This document shows, piece after piece, positions 1-9,974 of a stretch of DNA of 64,000 nt. Under the pieces are notes generated by a model. It made no database searches. It worked only from the letters and a program-made list of their open reading frames with translations, and was not told the origin of the DNA. Every line of letters starts with the position of its first letter. The stretch's first letter is position 1. Source of the stretch: an uncultured Chloroflexia bacterium (GTDB taxonomy: Bacteria; Chloroflexota; Limnocylindria; Limnocylindrales; CSP1-4); NCBI GenBank assembly GCA_963748625.1, contig CAVVJT010000004.1:288001-352000 (forward strand), given 5' to 3'. Position numbers and translations under genes: made by a program.

Positions 1-53
1 CGCTGGGCATCCCGATCAGCGGCACCGCCACGAACCGCAGCCGCTTCTTCTAG
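1..53 (+). CDS. 3' end of a gene truncated by the window edge
   Basis: Frame LGIPISGTATNRSRFF ends in TAG at 51-53, convergent with the next gene. Confidence 0.35.
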   Translation, partial: LGIPISGTATNRSRFF

Positions 54-74
54 CCAGGTGCCGCAGGACGACGG

Positions 75-1139
75 CTACCCTTCGGGACTGTCGAGGTCCC
101 GGGCGAACGCGGGCAGCGCGTCCGGGGCGCTGGGCGCTACGTCCGGGCGCGGCCTCGATCGGGCGGGCATCGTCCGCCACGCACGCTCGTCGAACCCCGA
201 CGCGATCGCCTCCTCGCGCGTCATCACCGCATAGCGCGCGGCCACCGCGAGCGCGTCGAGGGCCGCACGCGCCTCGGCCGGTGTCAGCGATGCAAGTGAC
301 GAGGCATTCGCAAGGCCCACGCGCTCCAGACCCCGTCCGTTGATGGACGCCGCGTACTGGGCGGCCCAGACGAGCTGGGGCGACTGATCACCGAGCGGCC
401 GGCCCGGCGCAGCCGCCAGGGCGGCGCAGACGACCCCGCGCGAGCCAGGGGCCTCCCGCACGAGGTACCAGTTGTCGGGCCCTTCGATCAGGTCCACCAG
501 GACAGACGCATACGGAAGACCGAACACGGATGCACCGCCGAGGCCATGCGCGTCGCCGCCCGGGACAGCCAGCATCAGGTGGAGGTCCGCAGGCTCGCGC
601 AGCAGGCGGCGGTGCGCTCGGATCCATCCATCCCGTGCCTGGGCCGCGCCGATCCCGGTCGCGGCCGGCTCATCGATGATCACGACAGCGCAACCGGCGG
701 CCCGCAGCGCTGCCAGCTCGCCGGCAAGGGATGCTGCAAAGGCCAGGGCCTGCCCGTTGAGGACGGAGAGGTCCCCGCAGGCGCCCCCATCGCGCAGCGC
801 GAGCGTGTACGGGCCCGGTACCACTGCGGCGACGGTCGCGTCGGTGAGCGCCGCAGTCGCATGGAACGTGCGCACCAGCATGCCGTCGGGACCGGTGTCT
901 CCTGCGGCGAGCGCGCCAAGCAGTGCCGCAATGGGGTCGGCCCACGAGACCTGGCCGTCGGAGATGAGATCGAGACCAGCCTCGACCTGGGCGGTGACCG
1001 CCTCGGCCCGGAGCTCCGCCCGCGCGGCGGTCACCGCCTCGGGCGTGACCCGACCGGCCGCCGCCTCGGCCTCGAGCGCGGTCACATCGACCCCGGATGA
1101 CGTGACGCGGGGCCAGGCCCCGCGAAGCATGGCGAACAC
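75..1139 (-). CDS. Cobalamin-independent methionine synthase (MetE/URO-D barrel)-like protein, degenerate
   Basis: AQVEAGLDLISDGQ, VPGPYTLA and IIDEP motifs of the MetE barrel; GTG start 6 nt after TACGAT; Zn ligands not evident. Confidence 0.65.
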   Translation of the reverse strand: MFAMLRGAWPRVTSSGVDVTALEAEAAAGRVTPEAVTAARAELRAEAVTAQVEAGLDLISDGQVSWADPIAALLGALAAGDTGPDGMLVRTFHATAALTDATVAAVVPGPYTLALRDGGACGDLSVLNGQALAFAASLAGELAALRAAGCAVVIIDEPAATGIGAAQARDGWIRAHRRLLREPADLHLMLAVPGGDAHGLGGASVFGLPYASVLVDLIEGPDNWYLVREAPGSRGVVCAALAAAPGRPLGDQSPQLVWAAQYAASINGRGLERVGLANASSLASLTPAEARAALDALAVAARYAVMTREEAIASGFDERAWRTMPARSRPRPDVAPSAPDALPAFARDLDSPEG

Positions 1140-1314
1140 CTTCGGATCGTACCCTCCCATCCGCCGCGCCATGGGCTGCGAAGAGGGGGCGATGGACATG
1201 CTGCTCACTGGCCCGCTCACCACCCACCCGGCCGTCGCGTTCCTCCGTTCCTTCGCGCCCGTGCCCACTCGACCCGCCCTTGGGTATGATCGACCTGCCC
1301 GGCGGACGGGGGAA

Positions 1315-1938
1315 GTGGAGGATCGGTTGCGGCAGCCTGATGACGTGCAGGCGCAGCGGCGCGCGGAGGACGCGGCGCTGCTGGCGCGTATCGTCGACAA
1401 GGATGAGCGGGCCGTGGAGGCGCTGTATGCGCGCTACTCCGGGCCGCTCTACTCGCTTGCCTACCAGGTCACCCACGCCGAGCGCTTCGCCCAGGACGTC
1501 GTCCAGGAGGTCTTCGTCGCCCTCTGGCGCGATGCGAGTCGCTTCGACCCCGCCCGCGGCGCCGTCGCGCCCTGGCTCTTCTCGCTGGCGCGGCACAAGG
1601 CGATCGACCTCGTCCGTCGTGAGGCCAACGTCCGCAAGCACACCGCGGACGTGGACCTCGAGCTGCGTGAGGCCGACGATGACGTGGATCACGAGACATG
1701 GCTCCGGATCCGCCGCGAGCGCGTCCATGTGGCGATCGAGGAGTTGACGCCGGTCCAGCGCGAAGCGCTGGAGCTCGCCTTCTTCCAGGGCCTCACCCAC
1801 GTCGAGGTGTCGGAGCGCCTCGGTATCCCCCTCGGCACGGCCAAGACCCGGATCCGGAGCGCACTGCTCCGTCTCCGCGACGTCCTCGGTGACTCGGTCT
1901 CGGAGCTGCCTGCGGGTGCGGGAGCCCTCGAGCCATGA
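1315..1938 (+). CDS. ECF RNA polymerase sigma factor (SigK-like)
   Basis: Region 2 (AQDVVQEVFVALWR...WLFSLARHKAID) and region 4 (GIPLGTAKTRIRSAL). Confidence 0.9.
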   Translation: MEDRLRQPDDVQAQRRAEDAALLARIVDKDERAVEALYARYSGPLYSLAYQVTHAERFAQDVVQEVFVALWRDASRFDPARGAVAPWLFSLARHKAIDLVRREANVRKHTADVDLELREADDDVDHETWLRIRRERVHVAIEELTPVQREALELAFFQGLTHVEVSERLGIPLGTAKTRIRSALLRLRDVLGDSVSELPAGAGALEP

Positions 1939-2807
1939 TCCACGCCGAGGCCGAAGCACTCCTCGCCGCCGGTGCGGTCCTTGGCGACCTCGACCCTGAC
2001 GAGCAGGCCCGCTACGACACCCATCGCGCCGCCTGCGACGCGTGCCGGTCCCTTGAGGTCGAGCTCGACCACGTCCTCGCCGACCTGGCGCTCGTGGTCC
2101 CCGAACGCGTGCCGCCTCCGGATCTCCTCGACGGCATCCGGGCGGCGATCGCGGCCGACGGAGCACGCGCCGGCGGACCGGTGTCGAGCCCCGTCGACAT
2201 GTCAGCCGTGTCCCCGGGCCGCACGCCCGACGTGGCGCCTGTGGCTCCTGACGTGGAGCCCGTGACAGGCAAGGTCATCGCCTTCGATCCTGCACGCTCG
2301 CGCCGCTCACAACGCCTGCTCGTCTCCTCTCTCGGCCTCGCGGCCGTGCTGGGCATCGTGGCCGTCGGCCTCGGTGTCAGCAACCGCGGCCTGCAGCAGG
2401 ATCTCGCTGCGCAGACCGCACAGGTGACACGCCTGGAGGCAACGGTGGCGAGTGCCGGCAGCGCGATGACCGTCGCCCTGAATCCGTCACACGTCACGGT
2501 CGCCCTGCACGCCGAGCCGCTCGCGCCCGAGGCGGCAGCAGCGGTGATGTACCTGCCCGGATCGACGTCGTCGTGGATCGTTGTCGAGAACCTTCCGGCC
2601 ACACCCGCGGGCCACGGCTACCAGCTCTGGTATGCCGACGCGGCGGGGGTGCACGGCCTGCAGACGGTCGCCTTCGATGGTGAGGGCGCGTTCATGGCCC
2701 CGATCGACGCCGACCTGGCCGACGCGGCAGCCGTCATGATCACCCTCGAGCCGGACGGCGGCGCCACCGGAGAGCCCGGGCCGCAGGTGGTCTTCGGCGA
2801 GCTGTAG
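1935..2807 (+). CDS. Anti-sigma factor, RskA-like, with zinc-binding HxxxCxxC
   Basis: HRAACDAC motif, one TM helix, C-terminal YQLW...ITLEPDGG; ATGA overlap with the sigma gene. Confidence 0.85.
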   Translation: MIHAEAEALLAAGAVLGDLDPDEQARYDTHRAACDACRSLEVELDHVLADLALVVPERVPPPDLLDGIRAAIAADGARAGGPVSSPVDMSAVSPGRTPDVAPVAPDVEPVTGKVIAFDPARSRRSQRLLVSSLGLAAVLGIVAVGLGVSNRGLQQDLAAQTAQVTRLEATVASAGSAMTVALNPSHVTVALHAEPLAPEAAAAVMYLPGSTSSWIVVENLPATPAGHGYQLWYADAAGVHGLQTVAFDGEGAFMAPIDADLADAAAVMITLEPDGGATGEPGPQVVFGEL

Positions 2808-2810
2808 CGG

Positions 2811-4019
2811 CTACCCCGCCCAGTACGCAGCGCCCACGAACCAGAGCGCGACCATCGCCAGCCCGAGCAGTCCCACGCCCGCGAGGCGGATGCCGAACGT
2901 CCCAGCCGTGCCGAACACCGGCACGGTCGTACCCGGTGTGGTACCGGGGCGGCGCCACATCGAGCGTATGGTGGGAACCATCGTGGGCGCGAACAGCACG
3001 CCCAGCCAGAGGCCGGTGACGAGGCCGCCGGCATGCGCCCAGTTGTCGATGCCGGGCATCACGAACCCGTAGATCATGGTGATGGCCGCGGCGCCCACCA
3101 GCTGGCCGATGAACGCGCGGGACGCCCGGTCGATCATGGGCCGGTGGACCATCTCGGCCGCGATCAGCACCCCGAACAGGCCCATGATCGCCCCCGACGC
3201 GCCCACGCTCACCGCGGAGCTCGTGCCCAGCGCAAATGACAGGAGCGAGCCGCCAGCCGCCGCCGCGAGGTACAGGAGCAGGAAGTTGCGCCGCCCGTAG
3301 AGCTGCTCCACGAACGGGCCGGCCAGCCACAGCGCGTACATGTTGAGGCCCAGGTGGAGCAGGCCGCCGTGGACAAGAGTCACGGTCCACAGCCGCCAGA
3401 TCTCCCCGACCGCGACGAGCGGCTTGATGAGCGCGAGGAACTCGAACAGCAGCTCGCCGACCTGGGGCGCGAAGTCCACCGCCATCGAGGTGATCACCGT
3501 GACGCCGATCACGCCGAGCGCGAACGAGAAGCCCCGGTCGCCCCGGGCGCGCGCGAAGTAGCGGCCCGACGCTCCCTGGTCACCCAGCTCCTTCGACAGC
3601 CAGCCCATCCGGTTGGCGATCTCCGGCTTGTCCTCGCTCGGCGCGCGCCGGTCGGCCTCCTTGTAGGCGTCGAGCGCGCCCCGGAGGTTCCCCGCGCGCA
3701 CCCGTGCGGCGGCGACGTTGCGCCACGCGGCGTACGTGTAGTCGTTCTCGGCAAGACGCGTCGCGGCCTCCCACTCGGCGAGCGCCTGGGCGTCGTCGTC
3801 GAGCCGGTGGAACGCCTCGCCCAGGCCGATCAGGGCGGCCGACGTGAGCGCAGGGTCGTCGATCCCCACGATCCGCTGGTAGAGGCGGGCCGCATCCACG
3901 AAGTCCGCCGAGGCCATCAGCTCCGCGGCATGGGCCAGGGCGGCCTGCGCCTCTGCGCGACTCAGCGGCCCCTGGCGACCCATCGCCCCACGGTAGTCGA
4001 ACTCGGATGCGTCACTCAC
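2811..4019 (-). CDS. TPR-containing rhomboid intramembrane serine protease
   Basis: WRL, HLGLNM, GASG and HAGG rhomboid motifs; N-terminal TPR-like helices. Confidence 0.9.
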   Translation of the reverse strand: MSDASEFDYRGAMGRQGPLSRAEAQAALAHAAELMASADFVDAARLYQRIVGIDDPALTSAALIGLGEAFHRLDDDAQALAEWEAATRLAENDYTYAAWRNVAAARVRAGNLRGALDAYKEADRRAPSEDKPEIANRMGWLSKELGDQGASGRYFARARGDRGFSFALGVIGVTVITSMAVDFAPQVGELLFEFLALIKPLVAVGEIWRLWTVTLVHGGLLHLGLNMYALWLAGPFVEQLYGRRNFLLLYLAAAAGGSLLSFALGTSSAVSVGASGAIMGLFGVLIAAEMVHRPMIDRASRAFIGQLVGAAAITMIYGFVMPGIDNWAHAGGLVTGLWLGVLFAPTMVPTIRSMWRRPGTTPGTTVPVFGTAGTFGIRLAGVGLLGLAMVALWFVGAAYWAG

Positions 4020-4148
4020 GCGAGGCAGGGTACCCGAGAAGCGTTGCCTAGGCCGTCAGGCAAGGCCCAGGCCGTCGGGCAAGGCCCGGGCCGTCGGGGC
4101 GTCCGGCCGTCCTCCGCCGTCCGACGACCCGGGCGCTAGACTCGGCGA

Positions 4149-4880
4149 ATGTGCGGACGATTCACCCAGCAGCGCCCGACCTCTGACATCGCGGCCATCT
4201 TCGGCGCCGAGGACCTTGCCGACGATCCCGGCGGCCACTTCAATGTCGCCCCCACCGATCCGGCGGCCGTCGTGGTCCAGCGGGAGGATCGCCGGGCGGT
4301 CGTGCGCTACCAGTGGGGGTTCCAGCCGTCCTGGGCCACCGCCGGCAAGGACGGCCGCCCTCCCCAGCGTCCCTTCAACGCGCGAGCGGAGTCCCTCTCC
4401 ACGAGCGGGCTCTTCCGCGACGCCTTCCGCAAGCGGCGCTGCCTCGTCCCCGTCGACGGCTTCTACGAGTGGCGACGCGAGGGCAAGGCCAGGATGCCGC
4501 TCCACATCCATGACGCCGGCCGCAACATCCTCGCGCTGGCTGGCCTCTGGACCGGGCGCCAGGACGAGGTGACGGGCGAGTGGATCCGCAGCTTCACCAT
4601 CGTCACCACCCGCCCCAACGATTTCATGGCCTCGATCCACGACCGGATGCCGGTGGTGGTCCCACCCGAGTCGTGGGAGCTGTGGCTCGACCCCACCCCA
4701 AAGGACGCCGGCGAGCTGCGTGCGCTCCTGGAGCCAGGCGAGCAGATCGGCCTTGCCGCGTACGCGGTGGGCACGCTCGTCAACAACGCCCGCAACGACG
4801 GGCCCGAGTTGATCCTGCCCGCGGACTCCACCCCCGTGGCGGATGACCGGCCGGAGGACGCCAGCCTCCGCCTCCTCTGA
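4149..4880 (+). CDS. SOS response-associated peptidase (SRAP/YedK/HMCES, abasic-site protection)
   Basis: N-terminal MCGRF, NARAE, GFYEW, IHDRMP. Confidence 0.95.
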   Translation: MCGRFTQQRPTSDIAAIFGAEDLADDPGGHFNVAPTDPAAVVVQREDRRAVVRYQWGFQPSWATAGKDGRPPQRPFNARAESLSTSGLFRDAFRKRRCLVPVDGFYEWRREGKARMPLHIHDAGRNILALAGLWTGRQDEVTGEWIRSFTIVTTRPNDFMASIHDRMPVVVPPESWELWLDPTPKDAGELRALLEPGEQIGLAAYAVGTLVNNARNDGPELILPADSTPVADDRPEDASLRLL

Positions 4881-4915
4881 CGCCCGATGGATCTGCGTCA
4901 CCTGCCTGGCGACGC

Positions 4916-5572
4916 TCAGAGGACCCTCCGCCCGGGGAGCATGCCCTCCGCCATCTCGGAGGCGGCAACGACGTGGCGCCGGTTGAGCAGAGCGAAGGGG
5001 TACCGGCTGATGATCCGCCGGTCGGCGAGTGACCTTGTGCGGACATCTGTGAGGGGGACGAATACGGGATCGGTGGACTCGACCAACGCCGCCAGGTCCC
5101 CGCCGTCCGGCCCATACAGCTCGCCGGTCAGCGTGTGGCCCGGCGTCACGTAGATCATGGCGTGGGTGATCTTGGGGATCCGGAACTCCCTGGCATCCGC
5201 GACGGCGGCGGCCGCCTCCAACTGGCCGAAGATCGTCACCTCCTCGGGGCTGACCCAGATCCGGGCGGCCGTGACCTTCGTCGGCTCGCCGTTGCGCCGC
5301 AGGATCGTCACGTCGTGAAGCGCGAGCATGCCGACGTGGTGGTTCATGAAGTCCGAGAGACGGCTGAACCGGCCGATGTCGAACGTGCCCGTCACCCGCA
5401 TATGCTGGCCCACGAGCTCCACCCGGACCGGGGTTGCCAGGGTCGGGACATGCGGGGCTGCGGCGACAACCTGACCGTCATCCACCAGGTCCTCGAGGTG
5501 GATGGAGACGTCGCCATCCGGGCGCTGGTCGGGGACGACGGCGAAGTCGCGCGCGGCCTCAGATTCGATCAT
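4916..5572 (-). CDS. Hypothetical protein with two similar tandem beta-rich domains
   Basis: Typical GC-rich codon use; halves MRVTGTFD..LSDFMN and HTLTGELY..LAALVE resemble each other. Confidence 0.65.
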   Translation of the reverse strand: MIESEAARDFAVVPDQRPDGDVSIHLEDLVDDGQVVAAAPHVPTLATPVRVELVGQHMRVTGTFDIGRFSRLSDFMNHHVGMLALHDVTILRRNGEPTKVTAARIWVSPEEVTIFGQLEAAAAVADAREFRIPKITHAMIYVTPGHTLTGELYGPDGGDLAALVESTDPVFVPLTDVRTRSLADRRIISRYPFALLNRRHVVAASEMAEGMLPGRRVL

Positions 5573-5737
5573 CGTGGGCACCTGGCTGGCATGGGGCTCT
5601 GACCCGGCCTGAGCCGGTCCCACGATGGTCGGGAGCGCTGGCTTACGAGCGCCATAACGCGGAGTTCCCAGCAGTCCCAGGTGGCCTTGCGCACGTGAAC
5701 CGACGCCCCACCGGATGCGGGGCTGTGCCAACCCGGT

Positions 5738-6388
5738 TCAGCCGTCGCCCGCGACAGGCTCCCAGCCGGCAGCACCCGTGGCGGCGCGCAGGGCATCCTC
5801 GGGCGCGAGCCCGCGATCCAGGCCTGCCGCGATCACGCCCACGAGCGCCCCGAACGCGCCGTCATCGTCTCCCGGCGACCCCAGGACGAGCGCGGAGGCC
5901 GGCACAGACGGCTGGTGCGCACCGTGGGCCAGGACCACGACCAGGCTCGCCCCCGCGAACGCAGCCGCGTCCACGGTGGCCGGGATCACATCCACGGGCA
6001 CCTCGTCTGTGACGACGAGGACGTCGAAGGCGGTGAGGTAGCTCAGGCCGAGGGCGACGTCCGCAGGCTCCAGGAGCGGACCCTCGCCGGCGGCCGAGCT
6101 GGGCGCCGTCGAGGCAGGATCGGCGAACGGATCCTCGTCGTCAGGCTCGGCGGGCAGCTGGCTTCGCCGGGTCGGGCGAACGGGGTCACGAAGGACGGCG
6201 GCGTGACCCACCGACGACCTGGCAAGCGCGATGAGCAGGGCGTTGCCTGCAGCGTCGTCGCCGATCCGGCCGACCAGCTCCACGCGCGCTCCGGCACCGA
6301 CTGCTGCAAGCGCGATCTCACAAGCGCGCCCTGCGGGACCCGACGGTTCCGACGAACGCCAGGCAGGCATCCCGACAACGGTGATCAT
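5738..6388 (-). CDS. PfkB/ribokinase-family-like protein, short and degenerate
   Basis: LVGRIGDDAAG PfkB signature 1; degenerate C-terminal GDDDGAFG. Confidence 0.7.
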   Translation of the reverse strand: MITVVGMPAWRSSEPSGPAGRACEIALAAVGAGARVELVGRIGDDAAGNALLIALARSSVGHAAVLRDPVRPTRRSQLPAEPDDEDPFADPASTAPSSAAGEGPLLEPADVALGLSYLTAFDVLVVTDEVPVDVIPATVDAAAFAGASLVVVLAHGAHQPSVPASALVLGSPGDDDGAFGALVGVIAAGLDRGLAPEDALRAATGAAGWEPVAGDG

Positions 6389-6435
6389 GCCGACAGACTA
6401 CCCCTCACCCGGCATCGGGCGCGGGACCAACGCCG

Positions 6436-7230
6436 TCAGCGCGTGACTGCGTCGTTGTCCGGCGTAGGCGTCGCTTCGGGGTCAGGCGTGTCGGAGGGCC
6501 TCGGCGTCCGCGTCGGCTGGGGCGTGTCCGTCGCGTGCTCGTCGTCCTCGTCCGGCGTGGCCGTGGGCTTGGGGGTTGGCTTGGGGGTGGGCTTCCTCGT
6601 CGGCGAGGCAGTCTTGTTGTCACCCGAGGCGGAGCCGCCGCTGTCGTCGGTCTTGTCCTCGTCGTCCGGCGTCTCAGTCGGCTCGGGCGTCTCGCCCGGC
6701 TCGGCGGACTCGGACGGGGACGGGCTCGGGGACCACTCGGCGGACTCGGACGGCGAGGGGGACGGGCTCGGGGGCGCAGTCGCCTCGGGTGCCTCGCTCG
6801 GATCATCGGTCGCGGTGGGAACCTCGACCGGCGGGGTCGGGCCGCCATCGACAAGGCCGAGGGCGGCTGCAGCCCCGTACGTGACCCCCCCGCCAAGCGC
6901 GACTACCACCAGGACCACGGCGAGCGCTTGGACCCGGACCACGGCCGGGAACCCGCCGCTGAAGGTGACCCGGAAGGCATCGCGGATGGAGGCGAGGAGC
7001 GCGATCAGCGCGGCTGTGCGCAGCGCGTGCCCGGCGGCGCGCGCCGGCGCGGGCAGGGGCTCGGCGCCCACCGCAGCCATGACGCGGTCCGCGAAGCCCG
7101 GCGACGTGGCCACCGGGACGCGGCCGGCCACGGCCTCGAGCTCGCGTGCGAGACGGGCCTCGGCGGCCAGCTCGTCCGGCGTCATGCCCTCGGCACCGTC
7201 CAGCTCGTCAGGGCGGAACGGGCCGCTCAT
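6436..7230 (-). CDS. Probable anti-sigma membrane protein with Pro/Thr/acidic extracellular tail
   Basis: Overlaps the ECF sigma stop; PGFADRVMAAV motif, TM helix, low-complexity tail. Confidence 0.7.
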   Translation of the reverse strand: MSGPFRPDELDGAEGMTPDELAAEARLARELEAVAGRVPVATSPGFADRVMAAVGAEPLPAPARAAGHALRTAALIALLASIRDAFRVTFSGGFPAVVRVQALAVVLVVVALGGGVTYGAAAALGLVDGGPTPPVEVPTATDDPSEAPEATAPPSPSPSPSESAEWSPSPSPSESAEPGETPEPTETPDDEDKTDDSGGSASGDNKTASPTRKPTPKPTPKPTATPDEDDEHATDTPQPTRTPRPSDTPDPEATPTPDNDAVTR

Positions 7231-7868
7231 TGCTCGGTCTCCTCGAGATTGCGCCGGAGGCGCGCGAGGCCGCGGTGCAGGTGGGTCTTCACGGTGCCGA
7301 GGGGACGGTCGGTCGCCTCGGCGATCTCGTTGAGCGAGCGCTCCGCGAAGAAGCGCAGCGCAACGACCTCGCGGTAGGGCTCATCCAGAGCGGCGACGGC
7401 TGCACGAAGCTGGGCGTCGCGCTCGGAGCGCAGGAACGAGTGGGCCGGATCGACCGCCTCGGTGGTCATCGTGGTCCGATAGCGCTCCTGGCCGGGCAGA
7501 TCTCCCTCGGCGGCAAGCGGGTCGAGCCAGGTGACCTGCTTGCGCTGCGAGGAGCGCCGGATCGCCAGACGGACGGCGATGCGAGTCAGCCACGCACCGA
7601 AGGCGCCGTCCGCGCGCCATGACCCCAGCGAGCGATACGCGATCACGAACGCCTCCTGGGACACATCCTCGGCCTCGGCACGATCGCCGAGGACTCGAGC
7701 ACACGCGGCGACGACCGATGGCGCTTCACGCTCCACGAGGAGGCGGAAGGCGTCTCGGTCGCCGGCGAGGACTGCATCCACGATCGTGCGGTCATCGGGT
7801 GTGGCCTCAGCGTCGCTGCGGACGCGCCTGGTGTCGATGGCTTGCGGTTCCTCCGTCCTGCGGGACAC
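7227..7868 (-). CDS. ECF sigma factor (SigW/SigE-like)
   Basis: GDRDAFRLLVER, AEDVSQEAF, PLGTVKTHLHRG; start approximate. Confidence 0.9.
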   Translation of the reverse strand: MSRRTEEPQAIDTRRVRSDAEATPDDRTIVDAVLAGDRDAFRLLVEREAPSVVAACARVLGDRAEAEDVSQEAFVIAYRSLGSWRADGAFGAWLTRIAVRLAIRRSSQRKQVTWLDPLAAEGDLPGQERYRTTMTTEAVDPAHSFLRSERDAQLRAAVAALDEPYREVVALRFFAERSLNEIAEATDRPLGTVKTHLHRGLARLRRNLEETEQ

Positions 7869-7953
7869 CGAGTATGCCCGGTGCGGGCTCCCGGTCGGTT
7901 CCCATCGCAGGACGGAGGTCATGCAGTCTGTCGGCGTTGGTGGCTGATCGCTG

Positions 7954-8577
7954 TCAGTTGCCCGGTGTGGGCTCGGACGTCGGCTCGGCGGTGGCGTCGT
8001 CGTCATCGTCGTGGTCGTCGTCATCGTCGTCGCCGCTGCCCGAGTGGTCGTCGGTCGGCTTCGCGGTGGCGTGGTCGTCATCGTCGTCGCGGTCACCGCC
8101 GTGGTCGTCGGTGGCGCCTGGTGAGGCGCTCGCGTCGTCGTCGTCCATGTCCTCGTCCGAGTCGTCGTCATCGTCGTCGCCGCTGCCCGAGTGCTCGTCG
8201 GTCGGCTTCGCGGTGGCGTCATCGTCCGAGGAAGCGTCGTCGCGGTCACCGCCGTGGTCGTCGGTGGCCTGCTCGGACTCCGGGGTGCCTGTGGGCTCCT
8301 CGGTGGCGTCGTCAGCCTCCGGGGACCCGGTCGGCTCCTCGGACTTGAGCTCGTCGGTCGCCTCGGGCGACCCGCTGGCCTCGGGGGACTCCGACTCGTC
8401 CTCGATCTCCATCGTGGCGTCGTCGGCCGGGTTCGTGGTGGAGGTCGACGCGGGGCTGTCATCGGTCGCGCGACCGCCGCTCACGAAGGTGCTGGTGGCG
8501 AACGTCGCACCGGCAACAAGGAAGACGGCGACAAGCGCAGTGCCGGCCGACCGGACCGTGGTGTGGGTGAGACGCAT
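7954..8577 (-). CDS. Secreted, highly acidic Asp/His-rich low-complexity protein
   Basis: Signal peptide ALVAVFLVAGATFA; duplicated ATDDHGGDRDD...TAKPTD(E/D)HSGSGDDDDDD unit. Confidence 0.75.
   Translation of the reverse strand: MRLTHTTVRSAGTALVAVFLVAGATFATSTFVSGGRATDDSPASTSTTNPADDATMEIEDESESPEASGSPEATDELKSEEPTGSPEADDATEEPTGTPESEQATDDHGGDRDDASSDDDATAKPTDEHSGSGDDDDDDSDEDMDDDDASASPGATDDHGGDRDDDDDHATAKPTDDHSGSGDDDDDDHDDDDDATAEPTSEPTPGN
8014..8267. repeat. Imperfect intragenic direct duplication (~100 bp units about 150 bp apart)
   Basis: gtcgtcgtcatcgtcgtcgccgctgcccgagtg..gtcggtcggcttcgcggtggcgt and gcggtcaccgccgtggtcgtcggtggc each occur twice. Confidence 0.85.
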
Positions 8578-8662
8578 CCGTGAACCTGGCTCTCTGGGTG
8601 GTGTCGTGCGCGGCTCCCTCGGCCGCGTCACACCTCCTGAGGCAGTTGCGCGTGCAAAGGTT

Positions 8663-9930
8663 TCAGGCGGTCTCAGCAGGGTCGGCGGCGACCGGAGCTC
8701 GAGCCGGGAGCGCGCCCGATCCGGCCTCCAGACGGCGCAGCTCGGGCACGAGGACCGCGACCACCATCGTCACCAGCAAGGTGATGACGCACCCGATGAC
8801 CAGCGCGACGGTCGCCGTCATGTGCTCCGCCACCGCACCCGATGCGATGTTGCCGATCGGAATCAAGCCCCAGGACGTGAGGATGTACAGGCTCAGCACC
8901 CTTCCCCGAAGACGGCCGGGGACCAGGACCTGGAGCAGGGTGTTCGACGTGGCGTAGTAGACGACCTGGCACGCTCCAAGGACGGCGAGCGCCGCCATGG
9001 AGACGGGCAGCGACCGCGACACCGCGAACACGATCTCCGCGATGCACGCGATCACGAGGCCGGCCAGCAGGGATCGCCCGCTGCCCCCGGACGGCCGCAG
9101 GATGGCGAGACCGAGGGCGCCCGCGAGCGCACCCACGCCGATCGCCGCGGACAGCATCCCGAGGCCCGTCGCGCCGATCCCGAGGACGTCCCGCGCAAAG
9201 ACCGGCAGGAGCATCAGGTAGTTCAGCAGGAACAGCGCCGGCACACCCGCCAGGAGCACGAGTGTGGCCACGATGCGCCGGCTGCGGACGTAGCGCACGC
9301 CGTCCATGAGGTTCGCCCACAGGGAGGCCGCCTGGGTCCGCGAGGATGCCGACGCCGGGACCCGCAGCCGCCAGAAGATCGTCGCCACCGCGAGCAGGGC
9401 GAATGCGTTGGCCCAGAACGCGATCCCCAGGCCTCCCGCGGCGATGGCCGCACCCGCCAAGGCCGGCCCCAGGATCCGCGAGAGGTTGAACTGGGCGGAG
9501 TTGAGCGCCACCGCGGAGCCGATGGCCTCGCGCTCGACCAGGCTGGGCACGATCGCCTGGTAGGTGGGGTTCTGCATGGCGTTGGCGGTGCCCATCAGGA
9601 AGGCCAGGACCGCCACCTGCCAGAACTGGACGAGACCCGTGGTGACCAGGATCGCGAGCACGAGGGCGAGGGCGGCGCTGGTCAGCTGGGTGGACGCGAG
9701 GAGGCGGCGCCGGTCGAAGCGGTCCGCCGCCACGCCCGCCATGGGCGAGAGCAGCAGGACCGGCAGGATCTGGAGACCCGACACGACGCCCAGGGCCGCA
9801 GGTGAGTTCGTCAGCTCCAGGACCAGCCAGCCCTGGGCGGTCCCCTGCATGAACGCCCCGATCGAGCCGACCATCGCGCCCGCCAGGAACGACCGGAATG
9901 TGGGGTAGGCAAGCGCAGGGAAGCGCCCAC
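8663..9930 (-). CDS. MFS transporter (MFS_3/DUF894 type); 5' end probably frameshifted
   Basis: About 12 TM helices, GVAADRFDRRRLL motif A; conserved-looking FPALAYPTFR lies upstream of the first in-frame ATG (9874); GGAGG+GTG near 9930 is out of frame. Confidence 0.85.
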
Positions 9931-9974
9931 CGGCGCCTCCGGATTGCGTGGACCTGTGCCCCTCGGACGTGGGT

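Noticed and set aside
7981-8270. Repeats resembling a CRISPR array
   Set aside because: Only two units, in frame in an Asp-rich CDS, no spacers and no cas genes.
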